From contig OZ024744.1 in NCBI GenBank assembly GCA_964016885.1, forward strand, positions 130,820,001-130,884,000: a stretch of DNA of 64,000 nt, written 5' to 3'. Under the pieces are notes generated by a model that searched no databases, was not told the DNA's origin, and was given only the letters and a program-made list of their open reading frames with translations. The stretch is from Eledone cirrhosa (taxonomy: Eukaryota). The translations under genes and the position numbers were made by a program. Below are positions 34,724 through 46,645 of the stretch, piece after piece; the first letter of the stretch is position 1, and each line of letters begins with the position of its first letter.

Positions 34724-37700
34724 AGTCGGGGTTAAGTTAAGTTGGCGTTAAGTTAAGTTGGCGTTAAGTTAAGTTAGGCTTAACTTAAGTTGGGGTTCAG
34801 TTAAGTTGGGGGTAAGTTAAGTTGGGGTTAAGTTAAGTTAGGGTTAAGTTAAGTTGGGGTTGAGTTAAGTTGGGGTTAATTAAGTGGTGGTTATGTTAAG
34901 TTGGGGTTAAGTTAAGTTGGGGTTAATTTAAATTGGGGTTAAGTTAACTTTGTGGTTAAGTTAAGTTGGGGTTAAGTTAAGTTGGGGTAAAGTTGGGGTT
35001 GAGTTAAGTTGGGGTTGAGTGAAGTTGGGGTTAAGTTAAGTTGGGGTTAAGTTAAGTTGGGGTTAAGATAAGTCGGGGTTAAGTTAAGTTGTGGTTGAGT
35101 TAAGTTGGGGTTAATTTAAGTTGGGGCTAAGTTAATTTGTGGTTAAGTTAAGTTGGGGTTAAGTTAAGTTGGGGTTAAGTTAAGTTGGGGTTGAGTTAAG
35201 TTGGGGCTGAGTTAATTTGGGTTTAAGTTAAGTTGGGGTTAAGTTAAGTTGGGTTTAAGTTAAGTTGGGGTTAAATTAAGTTGGGGTTAAATTAAGTTGG
35301 GGTTAAGTTAAGTTGGGGGTAAGTTAAGTTGGGGGCAAGTTAAGTTGGGGTTAATTTAAGTTGGGGTTAAATTAAGTTGGGGTTACGTTAAGTTGGTGTT
35401 AAGTTAAGTTGGGGTTAATTTAAGTTGGGGTTAATTAAGTTGGGGTTAAGTTAAGTTGGGGTTAAGTTAAGTTGGGGTTAATTTAAGTTGGGGTTGAGTT
35501 AAGTTGGGGTTAAGTTAAGTTGGGGTTATATTAAGTTGGGGTTAAGTTAAGTTGGGGTTCAGTTAAGTTGGGGTTAAGTTAAGTTGGGGTTAAGTTAAGT
35601 TGAGGTTAAGTTAAGTTGGGGTTAAGTTAAGTTGGTGTTAAGTTAAGTTGGGGCTAAGTTAAGTTGGGGCTGAGTTAAGTTGGGGCTGAGTTAAGTTGGG
35701 GCTAAGTTAAGTTGGGGTTGAGTTAAGTTGGGGTTAAGTTGGGGTTAAGTTAAGTTAGGTTTAAGTTAAGTTGGGGTTAAGTTAAGTTGGGGTTAAGTTA
35801 AGTTGGGGTTAAGTTAAGTTGGGGTTAAGTTAAGTTGGGGTTAAGTTAAGTTGGGGTTAAGTTAATTTGTGGTTAAGTTAAGTTGTGGTTAAGTTAATTT
35901 GAGGTTAAGTTAAGATGGGGTTAAGTTAAGTCGGGGTTAAGTTAAGTTGGGGTTAAGTTAAGTTGGGGTTAATTTAAGTTGGGGTTAAGTTAAGTTGGGG
36001 TTAAGTTAAGTTGGGGTTAAGTTAAGTCGGGGTTAAGTTAAGTTTGGGTTAAGTTAAGTTGGGGTTAATTTAAGTTGGGCTTAAGTTAAGTTGGGGTTAA
36101 GTTAAGTTGGGGTTAAGTTAAGTTGGGGTTAAGTTAAGTTGGGGATAATTTAAGTTGGGGTTAAGTTAAGTTTGAGTTTAAGTTAAGTTGGGGTTAAGTT
36201 AAGTTGGGGTTAAGTTAAGTTGGTTAGTTAAGTTGAGTTTAAGTTAAGTTGGGGTTAATTTAAGTTGGGGTTAAGTTAAGCTGGGGTTAAGTTAAGTTGG
36301 GGTTAAGTTAAGTTGGGGTTAATTTAAGTTGGGGTTAAGTTAAGTTGCGGGTAATTTAAGTTGGGGTTAAGTTAAGTTGGGGTTAAGTTAAGTTGGGGTT
36401 AAGTTAAGTTGGGGTTAAGTTAAGTTGGGGTTAAGTTAAGTTGGGGCTAATTTAAGTTGGGGCTGAGTTAAGTTGGGGTTAAGTTAAGTTGGGGTTAAGT
36501 TAAGTTGGGGTTAAGTTAAGTTGGGGTTTATTTAAGTTGGGGTTAAGTTAAGTTGGGGTTTAGTTAAGTTGGGGTTCAGTTAAGTTGGGGTTAAGTTAAG
36601 TTGGGGTTAAGATGGGGTTAAATTACGTTGGAGTTAAGTTAAGTTGGGGTTCAGTTAAGTTGGGGTTAAGTTAAGTTGGGGTTAAGATGGGGTTAAATTA
36701 CGTTGGAGTTAAGATAAGTCGGGGTTAAGTTAAGTTGTGGTTGAGTTAAGTTGGGGTTAATTTAAGTTGGGGCTAAGTTAATTTGTGGTTAAGTTAAGTT
36801 GGGGTTAAGTTAAGTTGGGGTTAAGTTAAGTTGGGGTTGAGTTAAGTTGGGGCTGAGTTAATTTGGGTTTAAGTTAAGTTGGGGTTAAGTTAAGTTGGGT
36901 TTAAGTTAAGTTGGGGTTAAATTACGTTGGGGTTAAATTAAGTTGGGGTTAAGTTAAGTTGGGGGTAAGTTAAGTTGGGGGAAAGTTAAGTTGGGGTTAA
37001 TTTAAGTTGGGGTTAAATTAAGTTGGGGTTACGTTAAGTTGGTGTTAAGTTAAGTTGGGGTTAATTTAAGTTGGGGTTAATTAAGTTGGGGTTAAGTTAA
37101 GTTGGGGTTAAGTTAAGTTGGGGTTATATTAAGTTGGGGTTAAGTTAAGTTGGGGTTCAGTTAAGTTGGGGTTAAGTTAAGTTGGGGTTAAGTTAATTTG
37201 AGGTTAAGTTAAGTTGGGGTTAAGTTAAGTTGGTGTTAAGTTAAGTTGGGGCTAAGTTAAGTTGGGGCTGAGTTAAGTTGGGGCTGAGTTAAGTTGGGGC
37301 TAAGTTAAGTTGGGGTTGAGTTAAGTTGGGGTTAAGTTGGGGTTAAGTTAAGTTAGGTTTAAGTTAAGTTGGGGTTAAGTTAAGTTGGGGTTAAGTTAAG
37401 TTGGGGTTAAGTTAAGTTGGGGTTAAGTTAAGTTGGGGTTAAGTTAATTTGTGGTTAAGTTAAGTTGTGGTTAAGTTAAGTTGGGGTTAAGTTAAGTTGG
37501 GGTTAAGTTAAGTCGGGGTTAAGTTAAGTTGGGGTTAAGTTAAGTTGGGGTTAATTTAAGTTGGGGTTAAGTTAAGTTGGGGTTAAGTTAAGTTGGGGTT
37601 AAGTTAAGTCGGGGTTAAGTTAAGTTGGGGTTAAGTTAAGTTGGGGTTAATTTAAGTTGGGGTTAAGTTAAGTTGGGGTTAAGTTAAGTTGGGGTTAAGT

Positions 37701-39169
37701 TAAGTTGGGGTTAAGTTAAGTTGGGGATAATTTAAGTTGGGGTTTATTTAAGTTGGGGTTAAGTTAAGTTGGGGTTCAGTTAAGTTGGGGTTAAGTTAAG
37801 TTGGGGTTAAGATGGGGTTAAATTAAGTTGGGGTTAAGTTAAGTTGGGGTTAAGTTAAGTTGGGGTTAAGTTAAGTTGGGGTTAAGTTAAGTCGGGGTTA
37901 AGTTAAGTCGGGGTTAAGTTAAGTTGGGGTTAAGTTAAGTTGGGGTTGAGTTAAGTTGGGGTTGAGTTAAATTGGGGTTGAGTTAAGTTGGGGTTGAGTT
38001 AAGTTGGTGTTGAGTTAAGTTGGGGTTAAGTTAAGTTGGGGTTAAATTAAGTTGGGGTTAAATTAAGTTGGGGTTAAGTTAAGTTGGGGGTAAGTTAAGT
38101 TGGGGGCAAGTTAAGTTGGGGTTAATTTAAGTTGGGGTTAAATTAAGTTGGGGTTACGTTAAGTTGGTGTTAAGTTAAGTTGGGGTTAATTTAAGTTGGG
38201 GTTAATTAATGTTGGGGTTAAGTTAAGTTGGGGTTAAGTTAAGTTGGGGTTAAGTTAAGTTGAGGTTAAGTTAAGTTGGGGTTAAGTTAAGTTGGTGTTA
38301 AGTTAAGTTGGGGCTAAGTTAAGTTGGCGCTGAGTTAAGTTGGGGCTGAGTTAAGTTGGGGCTAAGTTAAGTTGGGGTTGAGTTAAGTTGGGGTTAAGTT
38401 GGGGTTAAGTTAAGTTGGGTTTAAGTTAAGTTGGGGTTAAGTTAAGTTGGGGTTAAGTTAAGTTGGGGTTAAGTTAAGTTGGGGTTAAGTTAAGTTGGGG
38501 TTAAGTTAATTTGTGGTTAAGTTAAGTTGTGGTTAAGTTAAGTTGGGGTTAAGTTAAGTTGGGGTTAAGTTAAGTCGGGGTTAAGTTAAGTTGGGGTTAA
38601 GTTAAGTTGGGGTTAAGTTAAGTTGGGGTTAAGTTAAGTTGGGGTTAAGTTAAGTCGGGGTTAAGTTAAGTTGGGGTTAAGTTAAGTTGGGGTTAATTTA
38701 AGTTGGGGTTAAGTTAAGTTGGGGTTAAGTTAAGTTGGGGTTAAGTTAAGTTGGGGTTAAGTTAAGTTGGGGATAATTTAAGTTGGGGTTAAGTTAAGTT
38801 TGAGTTTAAGTTAAGTTGGGGTTAAGTTAAGTTGGGGTTAAGTTAAGTTGGGGTTAAGTTAAGTTGGTTAGTTAAGTTGAGTTTAAGTTAAGTTGGGGTT
38901 AATTTAAGTTGGGGTTAAGTTAAGCTGGGGTTAAGTTAAGTTGGGGTTAAGTTAAGTTGGGGTTAATTTAAGTTGGGGTTAAGTTAAGTTGGGGTTAAGT
39001 TAAGTAGGGGTTAAGTTAAGTTAGGGTTAAGTTAAGTTGGGGTTAAGTTAAGTTGAGGTTAAGTTAAGTTGGTTAGTTAAGTTGAGTTTAAGTTAAGTTG
39101 GGGTTAATTTAAGTTGGGGTTAAGTTAAGTTGGGGTTAAGTTAAGTTGGGGTTAAGTTAAGTTGGGGTT

Positions 39170-39344
39170 AACCCCAACTTAACTTAACCCCAACTTCACT
39201 CAACCCCAACGTAACTCAACCCCAACTTAACTTAACCCCAACTTCACTCAACCCCAACTTAACTTAACCCCAACTTCACTCAACCCCAACTTCCAACTTG
39301 ACTTAACCCCAACTTAACTTAGCCCCAACTTAACTTAAGCCCAA
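39170..39344 (-). repeat. Inverted satellite cassette 11 (flank type A)
   Basis: Same 175-bp C-rich block and junctions. Confidence 0.97.
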
Positions 39345-41036
39345 AGTCGGGGTTAAGTTAAGTTGGCGTTAAGTTAAGTTGGCGTTAAGTTAAGTTAGGC
39401 TTAACTTAAGTTGGGGTTCAGTTAAGTTGGGGGTAAGTTAAGTTGGGGTTAAGTTAAGTTAGGGTTAAGTTAAGTTGGGGTTGAGTTAAGTTGGGGTTAA
39501 TTAAGTGGTGGTTATGTTAAGTTGGGGTTAAGTTAAGTTGGGGTTAATTTAAATTGGGGTTAAGTTAACTTTGTGGTTAAGTTAAGTTGGGGTTAAGTTA
39601 AGTTGGGGTAAAGTTGGGGTTGAGTTAAGTTGGGGTTGAGTGAAGTTGGGGTTAAGTTAAGTTGGGGTTAAGTTAAGTTGGGGTTAAGATAAGTCGGGGT
39701 TAAGTTAAGTTGTGGTTGAGTTAAGTTGGGGTTAAGTTGGGGTTGAGTTAAGTTGGGGTAAAGTTGGGGTTGAGTTAAGTTGGGGTTGAGTGAAGTTGGG
39801 GTTAAGTTAAGTTGGGGTTGAGTTAAGTTGGGGTTAAGTTGGGGTTAAGTTAAGTTAGGTTTCAGTTAAGTTGGGGTTAAGTTAAGTTGGGGTTAAGTTA
39901 AGTTGTGGTTAAGTTAAGTTGGGGTTAAGTTAAGTTGGGGTTAAGTTAAGTCGGGGTTAAGTTAAGTTGGGGTTAAGTTAAGTTGGGGTTAATTTAAGTT
40001 GGGGTTAAGTTAAGTTGGGGTTAAGTTAAGTTGGGGTTAAGTTAATTGGGGTTAAGTTAAGTTGAGGTTAAGTTAAGTTGGGGTTAAATTAAGTTTGGGT
40101 TAAGTTAAGTTGGGGTTAAGTTAAGTTGGGGTTAAGTTAAGTTGGGGTAAGTTAAGTTGGGGATAATTTAAGTTGGGGTTAAGTTAAGTTGGGTTGAAGT
40201 TAAGTTGGGGTTAAGTTAAGTTGGGGTTAAGTTAAGTTGGGGTTAAGTTAAGTTGGGGTTAAGTTACGTTGGGGTTAAGTTAAGTTGGGGTTAAGTTAAG
40301 TTGGGGTTAATTTAAGTTGGGGTTAAGTTAAGTTGGGGTTCAGTTAAGTTGGGGTTCAGTTAAGTTGGGGTTAAGTTAAGTTGGGGTTAAGATGGGGTTA
40401 AATTACGTTGGAGTTAAGTTAAGTTGGGGTTAAGTTAAGTTGGGGTTAAGTTAAGTTGGGGTTAAGTTAAGTTGGGGTTAATTTAAGTCGGGGTTAAGTT
40501 AAGTTAGGGTTCAGTTAAGTTGGGGTTAAGTTAAGTTGGGGTTGAGTTAAGTTGGGGTTGAGTTAAATTGGGGTTGAGTTAAGTTGGGGTTGAGTTAAGT
40601 TGGTGTTGAGTTAAGTTGGGGTTAAGTTAAATTGAGGTTAAGTTAAGTTGCAGTTAAGTTAAGTTGAGGTTAAGTTAAGGTGCGGTTAAGTTAAGTTGGG
40701 GTTAAGTTAAGTTGGGGCTAAGTTAAGTTGGGGCTAAGTTAAGTTGGGGCTAAGTTAAGTTGGGGTTAAGTTAAGTTGGGGTTAAGTTAAGTCGGGGTTA
40801 AGTTAAGTTGGGGTTAAGTTAAGTTGGGGTTAATTTAAGTTGGGGTTAAGTTAAGTTGGGGTTAAGTTAAGTTGGGTTTAAGTTAAGTTGGGGTTAAGTT
40901 AAGTTGGGGTTAAGTTAAGTTGGGGTTAAGTTAAGTTGGTTAGTTAAGTTGAGTTTAAGTTAAGTTGGGGTTAATTTAAGTTGGGGTTAAGTTAAGTTGG
41001 GGTTAAGTTAAGTTGGGGTTAAGTTAAGTTGGGGTT

Positions 41037-41211
41037 AACCCCAACTTAACTTAACCCCAACTTCACTCAACCCCAACGTAACTCAACCCCAACTTAACTT
41101 AACCCCAACTTCACTCAACCCCAACTTAACTTAACCCCAACTTCACTCAACCCCAACTTCCAACTTGACTTAACCCCAACTTAACTTAGCCCCAACTTAA
41201 CTTAAGCCCAA
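41037..41211 (-). repeat. Inverted satellite cassette 12 (flank type C)
   Basis: Same 175-bp C-rich block and junctions. Confidence 0.97.
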
Positions 41212-42791
41212 AGTCGGGGTTAAGTTAAGTTGGCGTTAAGTTAAGTTGGCGTTAAGTTAAGTTAGGCTTAACTTAAGTTGGGGTTCAGTTAAGTTGGGGG
41301 TAAGTTAAGTTGGGGGTAAGTTAAGTTGGGGGTAAGTTAAGTTGGGGTTAAGTTAAGTTGCGGTTAAGTTGGGGTTAAGTTAAGTTAGGGTTAAGTTAAG
41401 TTGGGGTTGAGTTAAGTTGGGGTTAATTAAGTGGTGGTTATGTTAAGTTGGGGTTAAGTTAAGTTGGGGTTAATTTAAATTGGGGTTAAGTTAACTTTGT
41501 GGTTAAGTTAAGTTGGGGTTAAGTTAAGTTGGGGTAAAGTTGGGGTTGAGTTAAGTTGGGGTTGAGTGAAGTTGGGGTTAAGTTAAGTTGGGGTTAAGTT
41601 AAGTTGGGGTTAAGATAAGTCGGGGTTAAGTTAAGTTGTGGTTGAGTTAAGTTGGGGTTAATTTAAGTTGGGGCTAAGTTAATTTGTGGTTAAGTTAAGT
41701 TGGGGTTAATTTAAGTTGGGGTTAAGTTAAGTTGGGGTTGAGTTAAGTTGGGGCTGAGTTAATTTGGGTTTAAGTTAAGTTGGGGTTAAGTTAAGTTGGG
41801 TTTAAGTTAAGTTGGGGTTAAATTAAGTTGGGGTTAAATTAAGTTGGGGTTAAGTTAAGTTGGGGGTAAGTTAAGTTGGGGGCAAGTTAAGTTGGGGTTA
41901 ATTTAAGTTGGGGTTAAATTAAGTTGGGGTTACGTTAAGTTGGTGTTAAGTTAAGTTGGGGTTAATTTAAGTTGGGGTTAATTAAGTTGGGGTTAAGTTA
42001 AGTTGGGGTTAAGTTAAGTTGGGGTTAATTTAAGTTGGGGTTGAGTTAAGTTGGGGTTAAGTTAAGTTGGGGTTATATTAAGTTGGGGTTAAGTTAAGTT
42101 GGGGTTCAGTTAAGTTGGGGTTAAGTTAAGTTGGGGTTAAGTTAAGTTGAGGTTAATTTAAGTTGGGGTTAAGTTAAGTTGGTGTTAAGTTAAGTTGGGG
42201 CTAAGTTAAGTTGGGGCTGAGTTAAGTTGGGGCTGAGTTAAGTTGGGGCTAAGTTAAGTTGGGGTTGAGTTAAGTTGGGGTTAAGTTAAGTTAGGTTTAA
42301 GTTAAGTTGGGGTTAAGTTAAGTTGGGGTTAAGTTAAGTTGGGGTTAAGTTAAGTTGGGGTTAAGTTAAGTTGGGGTTAAGTTAAATTGAGGTTAAGTTA
42401 AGTTGCAGTTAAGTTAAGTTGAGGTTAAGTTAAGGTGCGGTTAAGTTAAGTTGGGGTTGAGATAAGTTGGGGCTAAGTTAAGTTGGGGCTAAGTTAAGTT
42501 GGGGCTAAGTTAAGTTGGGGTTAAGTTAAGTTGGGGTTAAGTTAAGTCGGGGTTAAGTTAAGTTGGGGTTAAGTTAAGTTGGGGTTAATTTAAGTTGGGG
42601 TTAAGTTAAGTTGGGGTTAAGTTAAGTTGGGTTTAAGTTAAGTTGGGGTTAAGTTAAGTTGGGGTTAAGTTAAGTTGGGGTTAAGTTAAGTTGGTTAGTT
42701 AAGTTGAGTTTAAGTTAAGTTGGGGTTAATTTAAGTTGGGGTTAAGTTAAGTTGGGGTTAAGTTAAGTTGGGGTTAAGTTAAGTTGGGGTT

Positions 42792-42966
42792 AACCCCAAC
42801 TTAACTTAACCCCAACTTCACTCAACCCCAACGTAACTCAACCCCAACTTAACTTAACCCCAACTTCACTCAACCCCAACTTAACTTAACCCCAACTTCA
42901 CTCAACCCCAACTTCCAACTTGACTTAACCCCAACTTAACTTAGCCCCAACTTAACTTAAGCCCAA
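42792..42966 (-). repeat. Inverted satellite cassette 13 (flank type C)
   Basis: Same 175-bp C-rich block and junctions. Confidence 0.97.
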
Positions 42967-44715
42967 AGTCGGGGTTAAGTTAAGTTGGCGTTAAGTTAAG
43001 TTGGCGTTAAGTTAAGTTAGGCTTAACTTAAGTTGGGGTTCAGTTAAGTTGGGGGTAAGTTAAGTTGGGGGTAAGTTAAGTTGGGGGTAAGTTAAGTTGG
43101 GGTTAAGTTAAGTTGCGGTTAAGTTGGGGTTAAGTTAAGTTAGGGTTAAGTTAAGTTGGGGTTGAGTTAAGTTGGGGTTAATTAAGTGGTGGTTATGTTA
43201 AGTTGGGGTTAAGTTAAGTTGGGGTTAATTTAAATTGGGGTTAAGTTAACTTTGTGGTTAAGTTAAGTTGGGGTTAAGTTAAGTTGGGGTAAAGTTGGGG
43301 TTGAGTTAAGTTGGGGTTGAGTGAAGTTGGGGTTAAGTTAAGTTGGGGTTAAGTTAAGTTGGGGTTAAGATAAGTCGGGGTTAAGTTAAGTTGTGGTTGA
43401 GTTAAGTTGGGGTTAATTTAAGTTGGGGCTAAGTTAATTTGTGGTTAAGTTAAGTTGGGGTTAAGTTAATTGGGGTTAAGTTAAGTTGGGGTTGAGTTAA
43501 GTTGGGGTTGAGTTAATTTGGGGTTAAGTTAAGTTGGGGTTAAGTTAAGTTGGGTTTAAGTTAAGTTGGGGTTAAGTTAAGTTGGGGTTGAGTTAAGTTG
43601 GGGTTAAGTTGGGGTTAAGTTAAGTTAGGTTTAAGTTAAGTTGGGGTTAAGTTAAGTTGGGGTTAAGTTAAGTTGTGGTTAAGTTAAGTTGGGGTTAAGT
43701 TAAGTTGGGGTTAAGTTAAGTCGGGGTTAAGTTAAGTTGGGGTTAAGTTAAGTTGGGGTTAATTTAAGTTGGGGTTAAGTTAAGTTGGGGTTAAGTTAAG
43801 TTGGGGTTAAGTTAATTGGGGTTAAGTTAAGTTGGGGTTAAGTTAAGTTGAGGTTAAGTTAAGTTGGGGTTAAATTAAGTTTGGGTTAAGTTAAGTTGGG
43901 GTTAAGTTAAGTTGGGGTTAAGTTAAGTTGGGGTAAGTTAAGTTGGGGATAATTTAAGTTGGGGTTAAGTTAAGTTGGGTTGAAGTTAAGTTGGGGTTAA
44001 GTTAAGTTGGGGTTAAGTTAAGTTGGGGTTAAGTTAAGTTGGGGTTAAGTTAAGTTGGGGCTAAGTTAAGTTGGGGCTGAGTTAAGTTGGGGTTAAGTTA
44101 CGTTGGGGTTAAGTTAAGTTGGGGTTAAGTTAAGTTGGGGTTAAGTTAAGTCGGGGTTAATTTAAGTCGGGGTTAAGTTAAGTTAGGGTTCAGTTAAGTT
44201 GGGGTTAAGTTAAGTTGGGGTTGAGTTAAGTTGGGGTTGAGTTAAATTGGGGTTGAGTTAAGTTGGGGTTGAGTTAAGTTGGTGTTGAGTTAAGTTGGGG
44301 TTAAGTTAAATTGAGGTTAAGTTAAGTTGCAGTTAAGTTAAGTTGAGGTTAAGTTAAGGTGCGGTTAAGTTAAGTTGGGGTTAAGTTAAGTTGGGGCTAA
44401 GTTAAGTTGGGGCTAAGTTAAGTTGGGGCTAAGTTAAGTTGGGGTTAAGTTAAGTTGGGGTTAAGTTAAGTCGGGGTTAAGTTAAGTTGGGGTTAAGTTA
44501 AGTTGGGGTTAATTTAAGTTGGGGTTAAGTTAAGTTGGGGTTAAGTTAAGTTGGGTTTAAGTTAAGTTGGGGTTAAGTTAAGTTGGGGTTAAGTTAAGTT
44601 GGGGTTAAGTTAAGTTGGTTAGTTAAGTTGAGTTTAAGTTAAGTTGGGGTTAATTTAAGTTGGGGTTAAGTTAAGTTGGGGTTAAGTTAAGTTGGGGTTA
44701 AGTTAAGTTGGGGTT

Positions 44716-44890
44716 AACCCCAACTTAACTTAACCCCAACTTCACTCAACCCCAACGTAACTCAACCCCAACTTAACTTAACCCCAACTTCACTCAACCC
44801 CAACTTAACTTAACCCCAACTTCACTCAACCCCAACTTCCAACTTGACTTAACCCCAACTTAACTTAGCCCCAACTTAACTTAAGCCCAA
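44716..44890 (-). repeat. Inverted satellite cassette 14 (flank type C)
   Basis: Same 175-bp C-rich block and junctions. Confidence 0.97.
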
Positions 44891-46470
44891 AGTCGGGGTT
44901 AAGTTAAGTTGGCGTTAAGTTAAGTTGGCGTTAAGTTAAGTTAGGCTTAACTTAAGTTGGGGTTCAGTTAAGTTGGGGGTAAGTTAAGTTGGGGGTAAGT
45001 TAAGTTGGGGGTAAGTTAAGTTGGGGTTAAGTTAAGTTGCGGTTAAGTTGGGGTTAAGTTAAGTTAGGGTTAAGTTAAGTTGGGGTTGAGTTAAGTTGGG
45101 GTTAATTAAGTGGTGGTTATGTTAAGTTGGGGTTAAGTTAAGTTGGGGTTAATTTAAATTGGGGTTAAGTTAACTTTGTGGTTAAGTTAAGTTGGGGTTA
45201 AGTTAAGTTGGGGTAAAGTTGGGGTTGAGTTAAGTTGGGGTTGAGTGAAGTTGGGGTTAAGTTAAGTTGGGGTTAAGTTAAGTTGGGGTTAAGATAAGTC
45301 GGGGTTAAGTTAAGTTGTGGTTGAGTTAAGTTGGGGTTAATTTAAGTTGGGGCTAAGTTAATTTGTGGTTAAGTTAAGTTGGGGTTAATTTAAGTTGGGG
45401 TTAAGTTAAGTTGGGGTTGAGTTAAGTTGGGGCTGAGTTAATTTGGGTTTAAGTTAAGTTGGGGTTAAGTTAAGTTGGGTTTAAGTTAAGTTGGGGTTAA
45501 ATTAAGTTGGGGTTAAATTAAGTTGGGGTTAAGTTAAGTTGGGGGTAAGTTAAGTTGGGGGCAAGTTAAGTTGGGGTTAATTTAAGTTGGGGTTAAATTA
45601 AGTTGGGGTTACGTTAAGTTGGTGTTAAGTTAAGTTGGGGTTAATTTAAGTTGGGGTTAATTAAGTTGGGGTTAAGTTAAGTTGGGGTTAAGTTAAGTTG
45701 GGGTTAATTTAAGTTGGGGTTGAGTTAAGTTGGGGTTAAGTTAAGTTGGGGTTATATTAAGTTGGGGTTAAGTTAAGTTGGGGTTCAGTTAAGTTGGGGT
45801 TAAGTTAAGTTGGGGTTAAGTTAAGTTGAGGTTAATTTAAGTTGGGGTTAAGTTAAGTTGGTGTTAAGTTAAGTTGGGGCTAAGTTAAGTTGGGGCTGAG
45901 TTAAGTTGGGGCTGAGTTAAGTTGGGGCTAAGTTAAGTTGGGGTTGAGTTAAGTTGGGGTTAAGTTAAGTTAGGTTTAAGTTAAGTTGGGGTTAAGTTAA
46001 GTTGGGGTTAAGTTAAGTTGGGGTTAAGTTAAGTTGGGGTTAAGTTAAGTTGGGGTTAAGTTAAATTGAGGTTAAGTTAAGTTGCAGTTAAGTTAAGTTG
46101 AGGTTAAGTTAAGGTGCGGTTAAGTTAAGTTGGGGTTGAGTTAAGTTGGGGCTAAGTTAAGTTGGGGCTAAGTTAAGTTGGGGCTAAGTTAAGTTGGGGT
46201 TAAGTTAAGTTGGGGTTAAGTTAAGTCGGGGTTAAGTTAAGTTGGGGTTAAGTTAAGTTGGGGTTAATTTAAGTTGGGGTTAAGTTAAGTTGGGGTTAAG
46301 TTAAGTTGGGTTTAAGTTAAGTTGGGGTTAAGTTAAGTTGGGGTTAAGTTAAGTTGGGGTTAAGTTAAGTTGGTTAGTTAAGTTGAGTTTAAGTTAAGTT
46401 GGGGTTAATTTAAGTTGGGGTTAAGTTAAGTTGGGGTTAAGTTAAGTTGGGGTTAAGTTAAGTTGGGGTT

Positions 46471-46645
46471 AACCCCAACTTAACTTAACCCCAACTTCAC
46501 TCAACCCCAACGTAACTCAACCCCAACTTAACTTAACCCCAACTTCACTCAACCCCAACTTAACTTAACCCCAACTTCACTCAACCCCAACTTCCAACTT
46601 GACTTAACCCCAACTTAACTTAGCCCCAACTTAACTTAAGCCCAA
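46471..46645 (-). repeat. Inverted satellite cassette 15 (flank type C)
   Basis: Same 175-bp C-rich block and junctions. Confidence 0.97.

Larger units (their letters stand above)
18350..39735 (+). repeat. Second, staggered ~11.3-11.6 kb duplication (~18350-28390 vs ~29790-39735)
   Basis: Cassettes 20389/23173/27826 match 31987/34549/39170 (offsets 11598/11376/11344). GGGATTCAG lies at 21825 and 33422. The 75-bp duplication occurs at both 25201 and 36577. Confidence 0.82.
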
